Source: Nitrospirales bacterium
Lineage (GTDB): Bacteria > Nitrospirota > Nitrospiria > Nitrospirales > UBA8639
Length of the DNA: 64,000 bases
Reading direction: 5' to 3'
Assembly: GCA_965223295.1 (NCBI GenBank)
Contig: CBDCWC010000003.1
Location: 1,792,001 to 1,856,000, forward strand
A program made the translations under genes and the position numbers. The notes beneath the pieces are model-generated. The model was not told the DNA's origin and made no database searches. It saw only the letters and a program-made list of their open reading frames with translations. Every line of letters begins with the position of its first letter. The stretch's first letter is position 1. Below, piece by piece: positions 59,870 through 64,000 of the stretch.

Positions 59870-61164
59870 GTCTGCTCAGGATGGCTCCCGCTGCAGGGCC
59901 GCTTCGTGGGACTCTGACAGTTCCTGGAGACAAATCCATCACCCATCGTGCATTGATTCTTGGAGCGCTTGCTCACGGCAACACTCACATCACGGGATAT
60001 TCTACAGGCGAAGATTGTCTCAGTACCCTCGGGGTCGTTCGAGCATTAGGCATTGATGTTCTGGAAAGACCCGAAGGATTGACCGTGATTGGTAAGGGCC
60101 TTTGGGGGTTAACGGAACCTTCTAATGTATTAGATTGCGGCAATTCTGGGACCGGGCTTCGACTCTTAGCCGGTGTGCTGGCTGGGCAAAAATTTTTTTC
60201 CGTTTTGACAGGCGATGCGTCATTAAGAGGGCGACCTATGGGGAGGGTTGTGAAGCCGTTGCGACAAATGGGTGCGGTGATATCAGGAAGAAAGAGCGGA
60301 GATTTAGCTCCACTCGGTATCCAGGGCAGCGTGCTACAGGCTATGCAGTATGAGTCTCCCATTGCGAGTGCCCAGATTAAAACCTGTGTGCTTCTTGCCG
60401 GACTTTTTGCTGAAGGTATTACCACGATTCAAGAACCGATGAAATCCCGTGATCATTCAGAACGGATGTTTTCTTATTTTGGCATTCCTCTTCAAGTTGA
60501 AGGGTGTGCGGTTCAGGTCCACGGACAACCATCTTTTGAAGGAAAACCGATTCCGGTGCCTGGAGATATTTCCGCTGCTGCATTTTTTCTTGTTGCCGCT
60601 TCGATTGTTCCCGATTCTGAAGTCTTAATCACAGGGGTTGGGTTAAATCCTGAACGGATTGGTATTCTTGATGTGCTATCGGCCATGGGCGCTGATATTG
60701 TCACGCTTAACATGAGAGAAGAGGCTGGAGAACCAGTGGGTGATCTCTGTGTTCGGGCAACGCAGTTGAAGGGCATGACTGTTGGGCCAGATTTGATTCC
60801 TAAGACCATTGATGAACTTCCCGTTCTCTGCGTGGCAGCAGCTTTAGCCGATGGAGAGACCCGTATTACCGGTGCGCAAGAACTACGGGTGAAGGAAACG
60901 GATCGTATTCATGCCATGGCGGTGGAATTAACCAGAATCGGAGTGGTTGTTGAAGAACAGCCAGATGGCTTGGTGATTCAAGGCGGTTCCACGCTGCGAG
61001 GGGCGCAATGTCAGAGTTATGGTGATCATCGCGTAGTGATGTCTTTGGCGATTGCTGGATTAGTGTCGAAGGAACCCATGATCATTGAGGATGTGGATTG
61101 TGTGGAGACGTCTTTCCCAGGCTTTCACAGTAAACTATTGGATTTATTGACAAATTCTAAGTGA
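59866..61164 (+). CDS. aroA: EPSP synthase
   Basis: PGDKSITHR, GNSGT, SAQIK, RVKETDR and DHR motifs. Confidence 0.97.
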   Translation: MSLLRMAPAAGPLRGTLTVPGDKSITHRALILGALAHGNTHITGYSTGEDCLSTLGVVRALGIDVLERPEGLTVIGKGLWGLTEPSNVLDCGNSGTGLRLLAGVLAGQKFFSVLTGDASLRGRPMGRVVKPLRQMGAVISGRKSGDLAPLGIQGSVLQAMQYESPIASAQIKTCVLLAGLFAEGITTIQEPMKSRDHSERMFSYFGIPLQVEGCAVQVHGQPSFEGKPIPVPGDISAAAFFLVAASIVPDSEVLITGVGLNPERIGILDVLSAMGADIVTLNMREEAGEPVGDLCVRATQLKGMTVGPDLIPKTIDELPVLCVAAALADGETRITGAQELRVKETDRIHAMAVELTRIGVVVEEQPDGLVIQGGSTLRGAQCQSYGDHRVVMSLAIAGLVSKEPMIIEDVDCVETSFPGFHSKLLDLLTNSK

Positions 61165-61889
61165 CCTTTATAATACCTCAACAAATTTCTGGTGAAGGAG
61201 AACAGAACGCCGTTTCCCCGCGTCGCCTTGTCATTACGATCGATGGTCCTGCCGGAGTGGGGAAGAGTACTGTCTCCAAATCGCTAGCCTCTCGTTTGCA
61301 GTATCACTATCTTGATACAGGGGCACTCTACCGGGCCATTGCCTGGAAAATTCAACAAGAAGAACTAGAATCTGAAAATCTTGCCGATATTGAAGCCCTC
61401 CTTTCACGCATGACTCTTCAACTACGTGAAGACCAGAAAGGGTTTGTAATCCAGATTGATGGGCAGACAGTCATGCAGGAAGTTCTTCGCACCAGGGACA
61501 TTAGTCAAATGGCCTCTTCCATTGCGGCTTTGCCAATCGTGAGAAAATGGTTGCTCCCCGTTCAGCGGACAGTTGGGATGGCAGGAGGCGTCATTGCTGA
61601 AGGGCGGGATATGGGAACCCGCGTGTTTCCAGATGCCGACATTAAATTTTTTTTAGATGCTGATATAGATGTGCGGGCCAGACGGCGGCAGGAAGAACTG
61701 ACGGCAAAGGGGCAGGACGTTCACTTGGGTACTGTACGGGAGGAGATGGTCACGAGAGATCACCGTGACCGTCATCGAGCTGTTGACCCGCTGCGGCCAG
61801 CACCTCAGGCTATCATGATCGATACGTCTCACAAGCCCATTGAAGTTGTTGTGGATCAGATGGTGGGCATGATTTCGGATCGTTTGTGA
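61161..61889 (+). CDS. cmk: Cytidylate kinase
   Basis: IDGPAGVGKST, DTGALYR and EGRDMGTRVFPDA motifs. Confidence 0.96.
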   Translation: MTFIIPQQISGEGEQNAVSPRRLVITIDGPAGVGKSTVSKSLASRLQYHYLDTGALYRAIAWKIQQEELESENLADIEALLSRMTLQLREDQKGFVIQIDGQTVMQEVLRTRDISQMASSIAALPIVRKWLLPVQRTVGMAGGVIAEGRDMGTRVFPDADIKFFLDADIDVRARRRQEELTAKGQDVHLGTVREEMVTRDHRDRHRAVDPLRPAPQAIMIDTSHKPIEVVVDQMVGMISDRL

Positions 61890-62527
61890 GTGGGGTCATG
61901 TATTGGAGTCTATGGCTCCTCTTTAATCTGTTGAGCCGACTGCTTTTACGGTTTCGTGTCGAAGGCAAGCATTTTTTTCCCAAAACTGGCGGGGTGATTG
62001 TTGCGGCCAATCATGCCAGCTATTTTGATATTCCCTTATTGGGCTGTGCCATCAACCGACGAGTCGTTTTTTTAGGGCGAGCCACACTTTTTCCTAACCC
62101 TGTGTTAAGTTGGATGTTGCAGAGATTGGGATGGATTCCGTTAAAGACCCATCGTCTGGATCGAAAAGCCTTTGATATTGCGCTCGAGCATTTAAAAAGC
62201 GGGATACCCGTAGTTATTTTCCCTGAGGGAAGCCGAACGGAAGATGGCCAACTGCAACCTGGAAGACCTGGAATCGGTTTTTTAGTCAAGGAATCGCAAT
62301 GCCAGGTGATTCCTGCGTATATTTCTGGTACCTTTAATGTTTTACCCGTCAAGGCCAAATGGCCAAGGTTGTTTCCCGTGACTGTTTTCTTTGGAGAATT
62401 ACTGGATTTCTCAAATGCAGATACTCTTACGAAAAAACAAGAGTATGAACATATTGGTCAGACGGTAATGGATAAAATTGCCCATGCTGGAGGCATATCC
62501 TCCTCACCCCATAAGAGCGGTCTTTAG
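61886..62527 (+). CDS. plsC: 1-acyl-sn-glycerol-3-phosphate acyltransferase
   Basis: NHASYFD (HX4D) and IFPEGSR motifs. Confidence 0.9.
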   Translation: MSGVMYWSLWLLFNLLSRLLLRFRVEGKHFFPKTGGVIVAANHASYFDIPLLGCAINRRVVFLGRATLFPNPVLSWMLQRLGWIPLKTHRLDRKAFDIALEHLKSGIPVVIFPEGSRTEDGQLQPGRPGIGFLVKESQCQVIPAYISGTFNVLPVKAKWPRLFPVTVFFGELLDFSNADTLTKKQEYEHIGQTVMDKIAHAGGISSSPHKSGL

Positions 62528-62609
62528 GGCCGACTGAAATGGTTAATATTTTTCCTTTTTTTACTCACCTTTAAACCAGTGTTTGTATCTTTGGAGGTAT
62601 GACTTCGAG

Positions 62610-64000
62610 ATGACTACCCTTTCCACACAACCTGAAAAAATTGATCGTGACACTCTTGCCGCATTATATGAAGAAACGTTTAAAAACATTGAAGAGGGAA
62701 CCATTACGGAAGGCAAGGTGATTGATATCCAGCGTGATCGGATTGTAGTGGATATTGGATATAAATCTGAAGGCATGATCCCCGTTGATCAATTCTCTTC
62801 AGAAGAACTTGAAACATTGACGGTCAATGACCCTGTGCAGGTCTATATTGAGCAATGCGAAGATGCCGACGGAAATTTGATGCTTTCCAAAGAGAAAGCC
62901 GACAAAATGAAAGTATGGGAGGACTTGGAAGTTGCCCATAAAGAAGAAACAGAGGTACAGGGCAAAGTGATTTCCCGTATTAAGGGCGGTATGATTGTGG
63001 ATATTGGCGTGAAAGCCTTTTTGCCAGGTTCCCAAATTGATTTGACTCCGGTACGAGATTTAGATGGTCTTGTTGGAAAGACCTACAACTTTAAAATTAT
63101 TAAGATTAATCATCGCCGGGGTAACGTGGTGGTCTCGCGGCGGGCGCTTCTAGAGGAAACTCGTGATAAGCGTCGGCAGACGACCTTATCCACCTTATCT
63201 GAAGGCCAGCTTATCGAAGGCACGGTGAAAAATATTACCGACTATGGGGCATTTTTAGATCTAGGTGGGATTGATGGCTTGTTGCATATTACCGATATTT
63301 CCTGGGGTCGGGTTGGGCATCCTTCCGATATCTTCTCCATAGGAGATCGGGTCGAGGTATTGGTTCTCAAGTATGATCGAGAAACAGGCCGAATTTCATT
63401 GGGTGTAAAACAAAAATCTGCCGATCCCTGGACAAAAGTTGAAGAAAAATATCCTGAACGGAGTCGGGTGAATGGCAAAGTGGTAAGCCTCACCGATTAT
63501 GGAGCATTCGTGGAACTTGAACCGGGTGTGGAAGGGTTGGTGCATGTCTCTGAAATGTCTTGGACCCATGAAGTCCGGCATCCTTCAAAGGTGGTGTCTG
63601 TGGGGGATGAAATTGAAGCGCAAGTGCTCCATGTTGATCAACATAGTCGAAAAATTTCGTTAGGGATGAAGCAAACCGCTCCTAATCCTTGGGATATTAT
63701 TGAACAAAAGTATCCCGAAGGAACCCAGATTGAAGGAAAAGTCAAAAGTGTGACCGACTTTGGTGCGTTTGTTGGACTGGACGAAGGGGTTGATGGATTG
63801 ATTCACATTTCGGACATGTCTTGGATCAAGCATATCAAGCATCCTTCGGAGTTGTTTAAAAAAGGACAGTCCGTCAATGCCATTATTCTCAAGATCGATA
63901 AAGATAAAGAACGGTTGTCTCTAGGGTATAAGCAATTGAGTTCAGATCCTTGGGTCAGTGATATTCCTCAACGATATCATGTCGGTGAGAATGCGACAGG
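62610..64000 (+). CDS. rpsA: 30S ribosomal protein S1, truncated by the window end (absent from the ORF track because there is no stop)
   Basis: Translation from ATG 62610 gives MTTLSTQPEKIDRDTLAALYEETFK..VDIGYKSEG..AFLPGSQ and repeated S1 domains (DYGAF..DGLLHITDISW); GGAGG upstream; follows cmk. Confidence 0.96.
   Translation, partial: MTTLSTQPEKIDRDTLAALYEETFKNIEEGTITEGKVIDIQRDRIVVDIGYKSEGMIPVDQFSSEELETLTVNDPVQVYIEQCEDADGNLMLSKEKADKMKVWEDLEVAHKEETEVQGKVISRIKGGMIVDIGVKAFLPGSQIDLTPVRDLDGLVGKTYNFKIIKINHRRGNVVVSRRALLEETRDKRRQTTLSTLSEGQLIEGTVKNITDYGAFLDLGGIDGLLHITDISWGRVGHPSDIFSIGDRVEVLVLKYDRETGRISLGVKQKSADPWTKVEEKYPERSRVNGKVVSLTDYGAFVELEPGVEGLVHVSEMSWTHEVRHPSKVVSVGDEIEAQVLHVDQHSRKISLGMKQTAPNPWDIIEQKYPEGTQIEGKVKSVTDFGAFVGLDEGVDGLIHISDMSWIKHIKHPSELFKKGQSVNAIILKIDKDKERLSLGYKQLSSDPWVSDIPQRYHVGENAT

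Noticed and set aside
62599-62613. Mini-ORF MTSR* overlapping the rpsA start
   Set aside because: Its ATG is only 1 nt from GGAGG, too close for initiation; likely chance.
130-63842. Numerous antisense and alternate-frame ORFs in the ORF track
   Set aside because: They are shadows of well-supported genes, with no independent evidence.

Overview
The window is bacterial chromosomal DNA. Gene content and order suggest a member of the Nitrospirales/Nitrospira group (inference, not verified by search). Most of it is housekeeping: the dcw cell-wall/division cluster (partial ftsI through ftsZ, then pgeF, yggS, yggT, divIVA), a pilB-pilT-pilC type IV pilus locus, ispE-prs-rplY-pth, rpsF-ssb-rpsR, a plsX/fab cluster, rnc, folD, panB, and pheA-hisC-aroF-tyrA-aroA-cmk-plsC-rpsA (partial). 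The standout is an ~11 kb accessory block between panB and pheA. It holds two diverged, convergently transcribed three-gene cassettes around an orphan hybrid histidine kinase. Each cassette encodes a Cyc2-like fused monohaem cytochrome-porin, a dihaem cytochrome c and a protein with amicyanin-like type-1 copper ligands, which makes the block a candidate outer-membrane electron-transfer (possibly metal-oxidation) system. Other signals: four copies of a ~190 bp MITE with 5-bp target duplications and a covarying hairpin, one of which rewrote a gene's C-terminus; a 14-bp tandem duplication frameshifting pilT; and a family of heptamer-periodic palindromic repeats, one inserted in frame into the kinase's receiver domain. 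No rRNA, tRNA or CRISPR array was found.
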